64,000 nt of DNA. It comes from Bacillota bacterium (GTDB taxonomy: Bacteria; Bacillota; Clostridia; Christensenellales; CAG-138). The number at the start of each line of letters is the position of its first letter. The first letter of the stretch is position 1. Location: positions 10,073 through 74,072 of the forward strand of contig JAEYSE010000093.1 in the NCBI GenBank assembly GCA_023435025.1. The letters run 5' to 3'. A program made the position numbers and the translations under genes. The notes beneath the pieces are model-generated. The model was given only the letters and a program-made list of their open reading frames with translations. It was not told the origin of the DNA and did not search any database. Shown here one piece after another: positions 9,350 to 17,759 of this stretch.

Positions 9350-10111
9350 ATGAAACATACCAACAGCCTGAAAAGGATAGGCACAGTGGCGCTAAGTGTA
9401 TTGCTGTTGCTCGCGTTTGCGACGACAGCCTATGCGGCGGAATCCACCGCTACTTTCAGAGGGCGCACCTCCCTGTTTGGCTACGTCCCTGACGATGGTT
9501 CGGCGACCGGCCTGTTCAACAATCTGCAGGGGCTTATGCCCGGCGGCACGTATACGCAGAAAATCACGGTGGATAATACCTCCGGTTCGCGTGTGGATAT
9601 CTACTTGCGCGGCGAGCAGATCCAGCGTCCGGCCTCCCGGCAGGCGGGCTATGCATATGATCTTTTAGATCTTATCACCTTTAAGCTAAAGGATGGCAGC
9701 ACCATCCTCGCCGAAGGCAAGCTTTCGGATATCTGGCCCGAAACCGGCGGTACCAATACCGGAGACGGCAGGTTCATCCGCTTGGGTCGTTTCTACAGGG
9801 GCGATTATAAGGTGCTCATGCTTGAGCTTACCGTACCCGAGGAGCTAAACAACGATTATCAGGATGCTACCGGCAAAGTTCGGTGGGTATTTCAGGCCGA
9901 TGTGTATACCCGCGATGACGATGACGACGACGATGATGATGACGATATCCCGCTTGGCCCGCCGGTGATCATCATCAATGATGGCGAGCAAATCCCGCTT
10001 GCGCCCGGCACGGGGGACGATGCGAACATCTACCTCTGGGGTGGACTGTTCGTAATATTTGCCGTACTGCTGGCCGTGCTCCTTGTACACAAGCGCGGCA
10101 GGAAGGCGTAG
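9350..10111 (+). CDS. cell-wall-anchored protein with TasA-like beta-sandwich signature, poly-Asp tract and sortase sorting signal
   Basis: Ordinary Sec signal peptide (LLLLAFATTAYA/AEST). LMPGGTYTQKITVDNTSGSRVDIYL resembles the TasA/camelysin PG-x-x-x...N-x-G motif. A D11 run is present. The C-terminus is IPLAPGTG + hydrophobic helix + HKRGRKA, an xPxTG-type sorting signal. Confidence 0.75.
   Translation: MKHTNSLKRIGTVALSVLLLLAFATTAYAAESTATFRGRTSLFGYVPDDGSATGLFNNLQGLMPGGTYTQKITVDNTSGSRVDIYLRGEQIQRPASRQAGYAYDLLDLITFKLKDGSTILAEGKLSDIWPETGGTNTGDGRFIRLGRFYRGDYKVLMLELTVPEELNNDYQDATGKVRWVFQADVYTRDDDDDDDDDDDIPLGPPVIIINDGEQIPLAPGTGDDANIYLWGGLFVIFAVLLAVLLVHKRGRKA
9914..9946 (+). repeat. 33-nt GAT/GAC run encoding eleven consecutive Asp
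   Basis: gatgacgatgacgacgacgatgatgatgacgat, read directly. It translates to D11, immediately before IPLGPP. Confidence 0.9.
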
Positions 10112-10127
10112 CTGAACCAGCAAACAG

Positions 10128-10157
10128 AAAGGCGGCCGTAAAGCCGCCTTTGTTTTT
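10128..10157 (+). terminator. rho-independent terminator between anchor-protein gene and sortase gene
   Basis: aaaggcggc-cgtaaa-gccgccttt followed by gTTTTT, 17 nt after the TAG at 10109-10111. Confidence 0.7.
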
Positions 10158-10192
10158 ACCCGTGGGCATCCCCTCTTACAAGGTGGTCAGAA

Positions 10193-10987
10193 ATGCAAAA
10201 GAAGCGAAACCCGAAAACGGGACTTATTAATTTACTAATCATTCTGTGCGCCGCCGCCATGATCATTTCCGGCGTGCTGTTTGCGCTGCCCCTCATAGAA
10301 TACCGCGCCGGGGATACGTTATATTTGGAGCTTTCCCGCAGCGCCGTTACAACGCCCCCTCCGGTATCCGCCGCTGCTATCGCACCGGAGCAGTCCGCAG
10401 CGCCTACTCCGCTGCCCATGCTGAAGCTTGATTACGAGGCGTTGCACGCGGAGAACAATGAGTTTTGCGCCTGGATATATTCTTCCGGCACCGTGATCAA
10501 CTACCCCGTGGTGCAGGGCGGCAACAACAGCTATTATCTCAACCACATGTTCAACAAGCAACGCAACTCCATGGGCACGCTGTTCGTGGATGCAGAGAAC
10601 GCGCCGGTGTTTGGGGACCAGAACACAATCATATACGGCCACCACATGAAGAACGGCTCCATGTTTGCCTCGCTTGTGAACTACAAGGAACAGACCTATT
10701 ACAATGTTCACCCGGAATTGCTGCTGTTTACCCCTTCCGCTGCCTATAAGCTGGAACTGTTTGCAGCCTATATTACGGATGGCGTCGTTACTAACGACGT
10801 ATACAAAAAAAGCTTCGATACCGAAGCTCAGTTTCTCTCCTTCATTGAATACGCCCGCGCGGCTTCCGATTTTAAAAGCGAGGTGGAAGTGGCAGCTAAT
10901 GACCGCATTGTGACGCTTTCCACCTGCACCTATGAGTATGACGACGCGCGCTATGTGGTGCTGGGCAAGCTGGCACCAATAGAGTAA
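10193..10987 (+). CDS. srtB: class B sortase
   Basis: AAGGTGG-6nt-ATG. N-terminal TM segment. SrtB-type N-terminal block (NNEFCAWIYSSGTVINYPVVQGGNNSYYLNHMF), NTIIYGHHMKNGSMF, and the catalytic TLSTC motif. Confidence 0.85.
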   Translation: MQKKRNPKTGLINLLIILCAAAMIISGVLFALPLIEYRAGDTLYLELSRSAVTTPPPVSAAAIAPEQSAAPTPLPMLKLDYEALHAENNEFCAWIYSSGTVINYPVVQGGNNSYYLNHMFNKQRNSMGTLFVDAENAPVFGDQNTIIYGHHMKNGSMFASLVNYKEQTYYNVHPELLLFTPSAAYKLELFAAYITDGVVTNDVYKKSFDTEAQFLSFIEYARAASDFKSEVEVAANDRIVTLSTCTYEYDDARYVVLGKLAPIE

Positions 10988-10991
10988 GCCT

Positions 10992-11513
10992 TTAATTCCC
11001 CATCTCCATTTCTTCCGCCTGCACGTCCACATATGTGACGGGGCTGCCGCAATATTCAATAAAGCGCAGCAGATCCGCCGTTTTTAGCACAATGGAAGCC
11101 GTGTTCACGTTGGGGTGCACGATGATATTTTCCCAATCCGCCACATCCCGGTCCAGCAAAACATGGACTTTATGCGCCGTATCGTTGAGAAGACCCATCG
11201 GCGTGACCGAGCCGGGCGTTAGCCCCAAAGTTTGCATCAATTGCTCCGGTGTTCCAAAACACAGGCGAGAGACGCCCAATGCTCGGCTCACCCTGCCGGT
11301 TTGAAAGGGCTTATCCCCCACCACCAGCAAGAGATAAAACTGAGTCCCCTGACGGTTGGTTAAAAACAGATTTTTGCAATGGGCCGCATTTTTTCCGGCG
11401 TCGAACACAGCGCAGTCCGCCATAGTCATCGCCGGGCGATGTGCAAAGCGCTCGTAGGGGATATGAAGCTTATGCAGCGCCTCGTACACGCACAATTCTT
11501 CCTGATCCTGCAA
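10992..11513 (-). CDS. YbaK/ProX-type aminoacyl-tRNA deacylase (prolyl-tRNA editing domain protein)
   Basis: 173-aa ORF. HCKNLFL...FYLLLVVGDKP...LGLTPGSVTPMGLLND is the pattern typical of YbaK/EbsC/ProX. Confidence 0.75.
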   Translation of the reverse strand: MQDQEELCVYEALHKLHIPYERFAHRPAMTMADCAVFDAGKNAAHCKNLFLTNRQGTQFYLLLVVGDKPFQTGRVSRALGVSRLCFGTPEQLMQTLGLTPGSVTPMGLLNDTAHKVHVLLDRDVADWENIIVHPNVNTASIVLKTADLLRFIEYCGSPVTYVDVQAEEMEMGN

Positions 11514-11531
11514 AAATACGTCCCCTTAAAA

Positions 11532-11993
11532 TTATGTTTGCGGCACTTCGGCGCGCAGGAGAGGAAGTATGCGGTTTTTCACAGAAGAAGACCTGACCTC
11601 CCCTATTCGCTCTGCGCCCATGCGCAGGTAAAACCCTTCTGCGTGCGGATCGGCCACAATGGCAAACGACTCAATTCCCACATGCCTTGCCTGCTCAATG
11701 ACCGCCTCCCACAAAGAGCGGCCAAGCCCTTTGCCGATATACATCGGATGCAGAAAAAAGAAATCCAGTTCCCATCCGTGGTTTGTTTCTATCAGGCTGA
11801 AGAACCCGGACATGTTTCCTGCATCGTCTTCCAGTACATGGCCGTAACCCGCTTCAATATGTTTGACCGGGACCTTAAGTTCCTCGCGGACTCTTTCCAT
11901 AAACGCGGCGTCATAGCCCCAGTGCGCTTTGGAGAGAAATGTAAGGGAGATGATTTCTTCCCTATCCTCCAATGTAGCCATCCGAGTACGCAT
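11532..11993 (-). CDS. GNAT family N-acetyltransferase
   Basis: 153 aa. Acetyl-CoA binding block FFLHPMYIGKGLGRSLWEAVIEQAR (Q/R-x-x-G-x-G/A type). Confidence 0.8.
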   Translation of the reverse strand: MRTRMATLEDREEIISLTFLSKAHWGYDAAFMERVREELKVPVKHIEAGYGHVLEDDAGNMSGFFSLIETNHGWELDFFFLHPMYIGKGLGRSLWEAVIEQARHVGIESFAIVADPHAEGFYLRMGAERIGEVRSSSVKNRILPLLRAEVPQT

Positions 11994-12061
11994 TGTTCTC
12001 CTCCCGCCGCTTTATTAGGCTATTATAGCATCTCAGACCGCAGAGTAAAACTGGGGCGGCG

Positions 12062-12742
12062 TTACCGCACGCTGCCCCCGTGAAACACACACTCGTATAC
12101 CTTGGTATCGTCGCAGAATATCTCCTCATACCCGTTGAACCAGGTAAACTCCCCGTTGACGATACAATGGTAGGTAAACCTGCCGTTGCGATATACCAGC
12201 GGCCCGCGGAATGGATACTCCTTGGGTACAAGCATGAGCGCCTCACTTAGAATTCCATCCTGGTATTGCTCCGAAAGGATGCGGCCGGTATAGTTCATGC
12301 TCCAAAACGGCGCGCCATCCCGAAAAAGGGCTTCCTCCCCCGCAAACCGTTCTCCGCCCAGGTATGTATCGTAATAGGATAATTCCCCTTCTTCATACCG
12401 GTAATCGTGCGAGGACGGGCGTGAGGAAGGGCATTTTGCACCATGCCCCGCATAGGTGTTCTTTTTCGCTCGGCATAAAAAGTCAATGACTGCGGCATCC
12501 GCTTCCACCAGCGTTCCTGCGTTGGCATATGTGCAGGAATCCTCAGCTTTATCCCTAAGGAGCTGATCCACGCTCGTCTGAAACAGGTCGCTCAATTCAA
12601 GCAGCCGGTCCACATCCGGGTAACTCTGCCCGGCCTCCCATTTGGCGACCGCCTGCCGCGATACGTTGAGCCGCTCGGCCAGTCTTTCCTGGGACAGCCC
12701 CTTTTCTTTCCTGCACGCCTGGAGCTTTTCATAAAATTTCAT
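12062..12742 (-). CDS. XRE-family HTH protein with C-terminal uncharacterised domain (DUF5680-like)
   Basis: Start moved to the internal ATG (MKFYEKLQACRKEKGLSQERLAERLNVSRQAVAKWEAGQSYP), which is preceded by GAGGTGA. The C-terminal roughly 130 aa end in ...HGGSVR. Confidence 0.75.
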   Translation of the reverse strand: MKFYEKLQACRKEKGLSQERLAERLNVSRQAVAKWEAGQSYPDVDRLLELSDLFQTSVDQLLRDKAEDSCTYANAGTLVEADAAVIDFLCRAKKNTYAGHGAKCPSSRPSSHDYRYEEGELSYYDTYLGGERFAGEEALFRDGAPFWSMNYTGRILSEQYQDGILSEALMLVPKEYPFRGPLVYRNGRFTYHCIVNGEFTWFNGYEEIFCDDTKVYECVFHGGSVR

Positions 12743-12841
12743 GTTAATCACCTCACGCCCATGGTACAAAAATGCGCGTTGCGGCTCTACCAACCAAACG
12801 GATCGTTTTTGCCACTTATGGTTGCGGGGCAGCCTTATGCG

Positions 12842-13591
12842 CTATTCATAAAATCCGCTGTGCCATTCGCTGTGCAAAAATTCGCAGCCGCAGCCTTTCG
12901 CCGCTTCGTCATAGGTCAGTTTCCTGTCGGTGTGCAATATGGTTTCCATGTAAGCAAGCCGATACCCGATTTCCTTTTGCAGCCGGTCACTGCCCGCAAT
13001 TATCGGGCCGTGGCCGGGCAGGAAAATGTAGCCGCAGTACTCCCGCAGGCGCGTTAGAGACTCCACATGCCGTACGATACATTGCGGATCCGTCGAAGGA
13101 AGCAGCGGCTTCCCTTCCTCCGAGAACATCAGTTCATCCGCAATATGCAGGTATGTCTCATCTATTTTCGTCAGCAGCGTGCAAGGAGAATGCCCGGGAA
13201 ATGGAATTAGCGTAAGCGCATGCGCGCCAAAGCGGAGCGGATACGGCTCCCTAACGCAGGTTGTGGGAGCAAAAAGCGCATGCACGCTCTGTTCTGTCCA
13301 CAGGTCCAACGAAACCTGATATGCTGCGCTGCCGTAAACGGAAACTTTGGGCATGGCTTTTAGCCCCTGCATATGGTCGTCATGAAAATGGGAAAGTATG
13401 ACAGCGCTTACTGTAACGCCATTCTTCTGAAACTCCTCTGCCAGCTGCGCCGCCTGAAATTCATACCCCGTATCGATCAAAAGCGCGCGGTGCTGATCAA
13501 ATATGGCATAAACGGACGTTGCATAGTGCCGCCCGGGCTGAGTTTCAAACGAATACCGGACGATGTCTTTTAAAATCTCGGTTTTTAACAT
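12842..13591 (-). CDS. MBL-fold metallo-hydrolase
   Basis: 249 aa. HFHDDH metal-binding motif and a downstream PGHSP motif. Confidence 0.8.
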   Translation of the reverse strand: MLKTEILKDIVRYSFETQPGRHYATSVYAIFDQHRALLIDTGYEFQAAQLAEEFQKNGVTVSAVILSHFHDDHMQGLKAMPKVSVYGSAAYQVSLDLWTEQSVHALFAPTTCVREPYPLRFGAHALTLIPFPGHSPCTLLTKIDETYLHIADELMFSEEGKPLLPSTDPQCIVRHVESLTRLREYCGYIFLPGHGPIIAGSDRLQKEIGYRLAYMETILHTDRKLTYDEAAKGCGCEFLHSEWHSGFYE

Positions 13592-13812
13592 GTTCCTCCT
13601 ATCACACCTACCATTGGTGGGCTTTGCGCGACATCATAGAATTCTACTCTAACCATAGTTGCCTACAACAGGTATTCTTCAATACCATCCAATATATCAA
13701 CCATATGTTCTTAATTCAAGTACTGCAGGTATGGCGTTTAGAACAGCTCCGCTTGACAGGCAAATGGGAACGTTATATTTTATGAATTACCAAATAGAAG
13801 GAATTGAAGCGT

Positions 13813-14682
13813 ATGCATTTTTATATTGTTGACGTCTTTGCACAAGAGAAGTACCAGGGAAACCAATTGGCAGTATTCCGCAATGCAGGCCATCTTTCAG
13901 CAGATCAAATGCAGAATATCGCCAAAGAGACGAACTTTGCCGAGACCACCTTTATTTTATCAGAAGGCAAGACCAATGGCGGATACAACGTAAGGATATT
14001 TACGCCGGATTTTGAAGTGCCGTTTGCCGGACATCCCACGCTTGGAACCGCATTTGTCATCCATAAAGAAATAGAAAGCGGGGTATCTCAAACAATCCGT
14101 CTGAATTTAGCTGTCGGGCAAATTCCGGTAACATTTGAGCGCGATGATATTTGGATGAAGCAAAACCGGCCCGAATTTGGTAGGCTTGTTAGCCGGGAGA
14201 CAATATGTAACATCCTTGGTATCAATGGCGCATCCATCGATGAGGATTTCCCGATACAGGAGGTCTCAACGGGTTTACCCGCTATTATCGTACCTCTTAC
14301 TTCGATGAACGCGGTAAGACAATGCCGCATCAACCACAGCAGCTATTTTAAATTTATAAAGGAGTCGTTCTCCGCCAATATCCTTGTGTTTTGTAAAGAG
14401 ACATACTGCAAAGAAAACGACCTGAACGTCAGGGTGTTTTGTGATGATTCGGGGTATCCTGAAGACGCCGCAACTGGGAGCGCAAATGGCAATCTGGCAG
14501 GATATTTATTGGAGTACGATTATTTTCATAAAAGTCAACTGGAATATCGCGTTGAGCAAGGGTATGAGATCGGCAGAAAATCCCTTTTGAAAATTAAGGC
14601 GAGCAAAGTGGGCGACCAGTTTGATATCAATGTGGGCGGAAGGACGTTCCTTGTTGCAAAAGGAGAGTGGCTTGATGATTAA
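13813..14682 (+). CDS. PhzF-family isomerase
   Basis: ATG at 13813 lies 8 nt after AGAAGGAA. MHFYIVDVFAQEKYQGNQLAVF...ETTF...FAGHPTLGT are the PhzF/YddE signatures. The gene is clearly more AT-rich than its neighbours. Confidence 0.85.
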   Translation: MHFYIVDVFAQEKYQGNQLAVFRNAGHLSADQMQNIAKETNFAETTFILSEGKTNGGYNVRIFTPDFEVPFAGHPTLGTAFVIHKEIESGVSQTIRLNLAVGQIPVTFERDDIWMKQNRPEFGRLVSRETICNILGINGASIDEDFPIQEVSTGLPAIIVPLTSMNAVRQCRINHSSYFKFIKESFSANILVFCKETYCKENDLNVRVFCDDSGYPEDAATGSANGNLAGYLLEYDYFHKSQLEYRVEQGYEIGRKSLLKIKASKVGDQFDINVGGRTFLVAKGEWLDD

Positions 14683-14704
14683 AGCCATCAATAGCGCGCT
14701 ATTG

Positions 14705-15184
14705 TTACTTGTGATATGGCTCGTTGTTGATTATTTTGAACGCACGATAGATTTGCTCCAGCAGCACGATGCGCGCAAGCTGGTGCGGAAATGTAAAATC
14801 GGATAAGGAAAGCTCTGCGTCCGCGCGGGAAATCACGGCAGATGAAAGCCCCAGCGAACCGCCGATGACGAACGAGATGCGCGTGTAGCCGCCCGCCATC
14901 CAAGCCTCCATGCTCTTTGCAAACGACTCGGACGTATGCCTTTTGCCGGTAATGGAAAGCGCCACAACAAACTCCCGCGGGCCGATTTCCTTGAGCATGC
15001 GGTCGCCCTCGCGACTTACGGCCTGTATGCGTTGGGCCTCGGAATACCGCTCCGGCACAGGCTCGTCCGGCGTTTCGAGCAAATCCAACTCCGCATAACG
15101 GGAGATTCGTTTTTTATATTCCTCTGCGGCGTCGCGCAGGTAGCGTTCTTTTAATTTGCCTGTACAAACAAGAGAAAGGCGCAA
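14705..15184 (-). CDS. rlmH: 23S rRNA (pseudouridine1915-N3)-methyltransferase
   Basis: 159 aa. MRLSLVCTGKLKERYLRDAAEEYKKRISRY...FVIGGSLGL...SLSDFTFPHQLARIVLLEQIYRA is the canonical SPOUT RlmH sequence. Confidence 0.9.
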   Translation of the reverse strand: MRLSLVCTGKLKERYLRDAAEEYKKRISRYAELDLLETPDEPVPERYSEAQRIQAVSREGDRMLKEIGPREFVVALSITGKRHTSESFAKSMEAWMAGGYTRISFVIGGSLGLSSAVISRADAELSLSDFTFPHQLARIVLLEQIYRAFKIINNEPYHK

Positions 15185-15199
15185 TACTGTTTCCTCCGT

Positions 15200-16240
15200 C
15201 TATATGGGCAGAATTTGCGGCAGATCAACAAACATCAAAATCAGTATCGCCAGATTGATGAGACCTAAAATCACATAGGTGACGACGAGCGCCCAAGTTC
15301 CTGTATTTTGTTTGGCAGGTGCTTCCATTGCGGCCGTTTCTACGCTTGTTGGCGGTTCGGGCTTTAATGTGTCAAATCCCAAGCGGTGGAACTCTTCTTT
15401 TCCATCCTCTTCCAAAGCCTGCCTGCGGTTGGCCGATGCAACCCTGAGCCCTTTATACCCGGAAAAGCATGCGACACATCCAAGCGCCGCGTAAAAGAGC
15501 AGCCCGGGAATGATGGCCGCTGTAATAGCGGGCTCCGGCGCGCTGGCAAGCCCGCCCGCCGCAAAATATGTGATGAGCACGGCCAGCAGATTGTTGACAC
15601 CGTGTATCGCCATGGCGGGATATACCGAGCCCGTAAGCAGCGTGACCCCGCCAAGTACCAACGAAAGCAGAAGGTACGCCGGAAATGCGGCGGGCTGGAG
15701 ATGGATGAGCGAAAATAATATGGCAGTAAGCCAAAGTGCCTTCGTTTTGCCCTGCGGCAGCCAGGCATGCATGAAAGCGCCGCGAAAAAGCGCTTCCTCC
15801 ACAAACGCGGGAATGACGGCAATCAGGAATATGGAAGCCAAAAGCCGCCACCCGCCATCCGTGGGGATGGGAGCTTGAAACAGCTCTGTGTTTGCGCCCA
15901 CCGCCGCCCACATCAGCTGCAAAAACCCATTGACGGCTGTGACCAAAAAAAACGCCCCAAAGCCGATCAATGCCGCCCATACCCATTCCCACCCGCTTAT
16001 ACGGTGAAAACCGAACGCGCTTTTTCCGCCATTGCGCTCTACAAATATGGTGACGGGTACATAGAAGCATGCAATTTCAACAAGCAGCGTGTTGAATGCG
16101 TACAGGCGCACCAGATCGCTCATCGCCCCGGGGATGATGGCAGGGATCTGACCCAATACAAGCATGCCGATGCAAATGATGAGCATCCAGATGTTTATCT
16201 TCCGCGTGGGGTTTAGCGTAAGCGGTGCTGAGGGCTTCAT
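15200..16240 (-). CDS. CPBP-family intramembrane glutamic endopeptidase (CAAX protease-like)
   Basis: Polytopic membrane protein with EEALFRG, SLIH and HGVNN motifs. Confidence 0.8.
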   Translation of the reverse strand: MKPSAPLTLNPTRKINIWMLIICIGMLVLGQIPAIIPGAMSDLVRLYAFNTLLVEIACFYVPVTIFVERNGGKSAFGFHRISGWEWVWAALIGFGAFFLVTAVNGFLQLMWAAVGANTELFQAPIPTDGGWRLLASIFLIAVIPAFVEEALFRGAFMHAWLPQGKTKALWLTAILFSLIHLQPAAFPAYLLLSLVLGGVTLLTGSVYPAMAIHGVNNLLAVLITYFAAGGLASAPEPAITAAIIPGLLFYAALGCVACFSGYKGLRVASANRRQALEEDGKEEFHRLGFDTLKPEPPTSVETAAMEAPAKQNTGTWALVVTYVILGLINLAILILMFVDLPQILPI

Positions 16241-16285
16241 GCAACCGACCTCCTAAAAGGCTTTTAAAGTAAGCGCAGGCGCTGC

Positions 16286-17068
16286 TTAAAGATGAAACAC
16301 GCCGCAGGGCCTGTCCCGGTGGGACATGGCGACGCGCATGCCGGTGTGGATATCCTGCTGCGCAAGCTCGATCGCAACGGTTTCCATGGCAAGCCGCTCC
16401 TCGTTGTTATCCCTGCTTAGATGGCCCAATATCGCGTTTCTAAGACCCCGGGCGTAGAGCCTACAGAGCGCACGCCCGCAATCAATATTGGAAAGATGGC
16501 CGCGGTTGGAAAGTATGCGCTGCTTAAGCGTGTAGGGATAGCCGCCGGATTTGAGCATTTCGATATCATGATTGGCTTCAATAAGCAGAATGTCGCAATC
16601 CTCCACGGCATCAATCAATCGCTCGTCGATATGTCCGATATCCGTGAGCACCCCCGCACAGCGTTTTTCATGCCGCAAGGTATATCCCACCGGCTCCGCG
16701 GCATCGTGTGGCGTGGCAAAAGGTGTGATGTTCACGTTTTTAATATAAAAATCTCTGCCCGTTTCAATAACACGGGTACAGCCCGGCGCGATCTCGCCCA
16801 CGCTATTGGGCATGGCCTCCCAACAGGCCGCATTGGCATACACGGGTATTTTGTATTTGCGGGAAAGTACACCGATACCGCGGACATGGTCGATATGTTC
16901 GTGGGTGACGAGTATGGCACAGAGCGTGTCTATGGGGACGCCGATAGCGGCAAGCGCCTGTTCAATGCGCGTGCCGGTCAGCCCCGCGTCCACCAGCAGG
17001 CGGACGCCCCCCGCTTCTATAAACGTTGCGTTTCCGGATGAGCCGGAAAACAGCGGTGAAAACAGCAT
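16286..17068 (-). CDS. MBL-fold metallo-hydrolase (YycJ/WalJ-like)
   Basis: Start set at the internal ATG (MLFSPLFSGSSGNATFIEAGG...) after AAGGGAAA. THEHIDH motif. A TGtTATAAT element at about 17100-17108 would place the transcription start downstream of the longer ORF's ATG. Confidence 0.85.
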   Translation of the reverse strand: MLFSPLFSGSSGNATFIEAGGVRLLVDAGLTGTRIEQALAAIGVPIDTLCAILVTHEHIDHVRGIGVLSRKYKIPVYANAACWEAMPNSVGEIAPGCTRVIETGRDFYIKNVNITPFATPHDAAEPVGYTLRHEKRCAGVLTDIGHIDERLIDAVEDCDILLIEANHDIEMLKSGGYPYTLKQRILSNRGHLSNIDCGRALCRLYARGLRNAILGHLSRDNNEERLAMETVAIELAQQDIHTGMRVAMSHRDRPCGVFHL

Positions 17069-17297
17069 TCGTTTCCCTTTCGGTCTGATAGGATGCATTC
17101 ATTATAACACGCCCGCGCCAAATGCGCGTACACATTTCGGCGCAAATTCTGTTCCATCGCATTGATTATGATTGGCAAAAAGAAAGTGCTGGAAGCACTC
17201 ATGCTCGGCATGCCAACCCATAAGGGAGGTAAAAACGTTAAAGGAAGCGTTACCCTTTAGGGCCATGTGGTGCAGTCAGGCGATACGCTATATTTCA

Positions 17298-17327
17298 CAC
17301 AAAAAAGCGGCTTGCGCCGCTTTTTGT
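17298..17327 (-). terminator. rho-independent (bidirectional-looking) terminator
   Basis: aaaaaagcggc-ttgc-gccgcttttt. On the minus strand it sits directly after the stop at 17329-17331 and is followed by a T run. Confidence 0.6.
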
Positions 17328-17328
17328 T

Positions 17329-17487
17329 CTATATTCCCCTTACAATCTGTTCCATCTCTTCCCTGCTCTTTGCGCCGCGTGCCCTGTTGACGATATTCGC
17401 GCGCTGCGGGCCCGAAAGCTGGGCAAAACGGCGCATAGCGCCCATATTCTGCCCAAGCGCCTACAGCAACCCCTGTGGCATTTCCAT
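17329..17487 (-). pseudogene. paralogue of the adjacent small gene, interrupted by an in-frame TAG at codon 9
   Basis: GGAGGG-7nt-ATG at 17487. Conceptual product is MEMPQGLL*ALGQNMGAMRRFAQLSGPQRANIVNRARGAKSREEMEQIVRGI. It aligns along its whole length, including residues before the TAG at 17461-17463, with the product of 17517-17678. Confidence 0.45.
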
Positions 17488-17516
17488 CAAGCATCCCTCC
17501 GATTTTACTGGCAGCT

Positions 17517-17678
17517 TTACAGCTTGTTGACGATATCGTCCATCTCACCCTGCGTGCGCGCACCGCGTACACGGTTGAGCACGGTATCCTTTTCCGGGTC
17601 CGGAAGGCCGGAAAACCGCTGCATGGCTTCTTTGTTGCGGGACAACGCAGTTAAAAATTCATCCGGTATTTCAGGCAT
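17517..17678 (-). CDS. small helical protein of unknown function (weak resemblance to the C-terminal YdeI/OmpD-associated helical domain)
   Basis: GAGGTG-6nt-ATG. Product is MPEIPDEFLTALSRNKEAMQRFSGLPDPEKDTVLNRVRGARTQGEMDDIVNKL. It has a paralogue immediately downstream. Confidence 0.5.
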   Translation of the reverse strand: MPEIPDEFLTALSRNKEAMQRFSGLPDPEKDTVLNRVRGARTQGEMDDIVNKL

Positions 17679-17759
17679 TTTCATCACCTCAATCATAGTG
17701 TGCGCACATCCCGCAGAGGACATTCGGAGTTTCAGGCCGTGTTCTTGAATTTCTGTACA

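Noticed and set aside
9914-9946. The poly-Asp coding tract as a slipped-strand phase-variation switch.
   Set aside because: The tract is an irregular mix of GAT and GAC, not a perfect short tandem repeat. Any slippage in 3-nt units would stay in frame. At most it would give length variation, not on/off switching.
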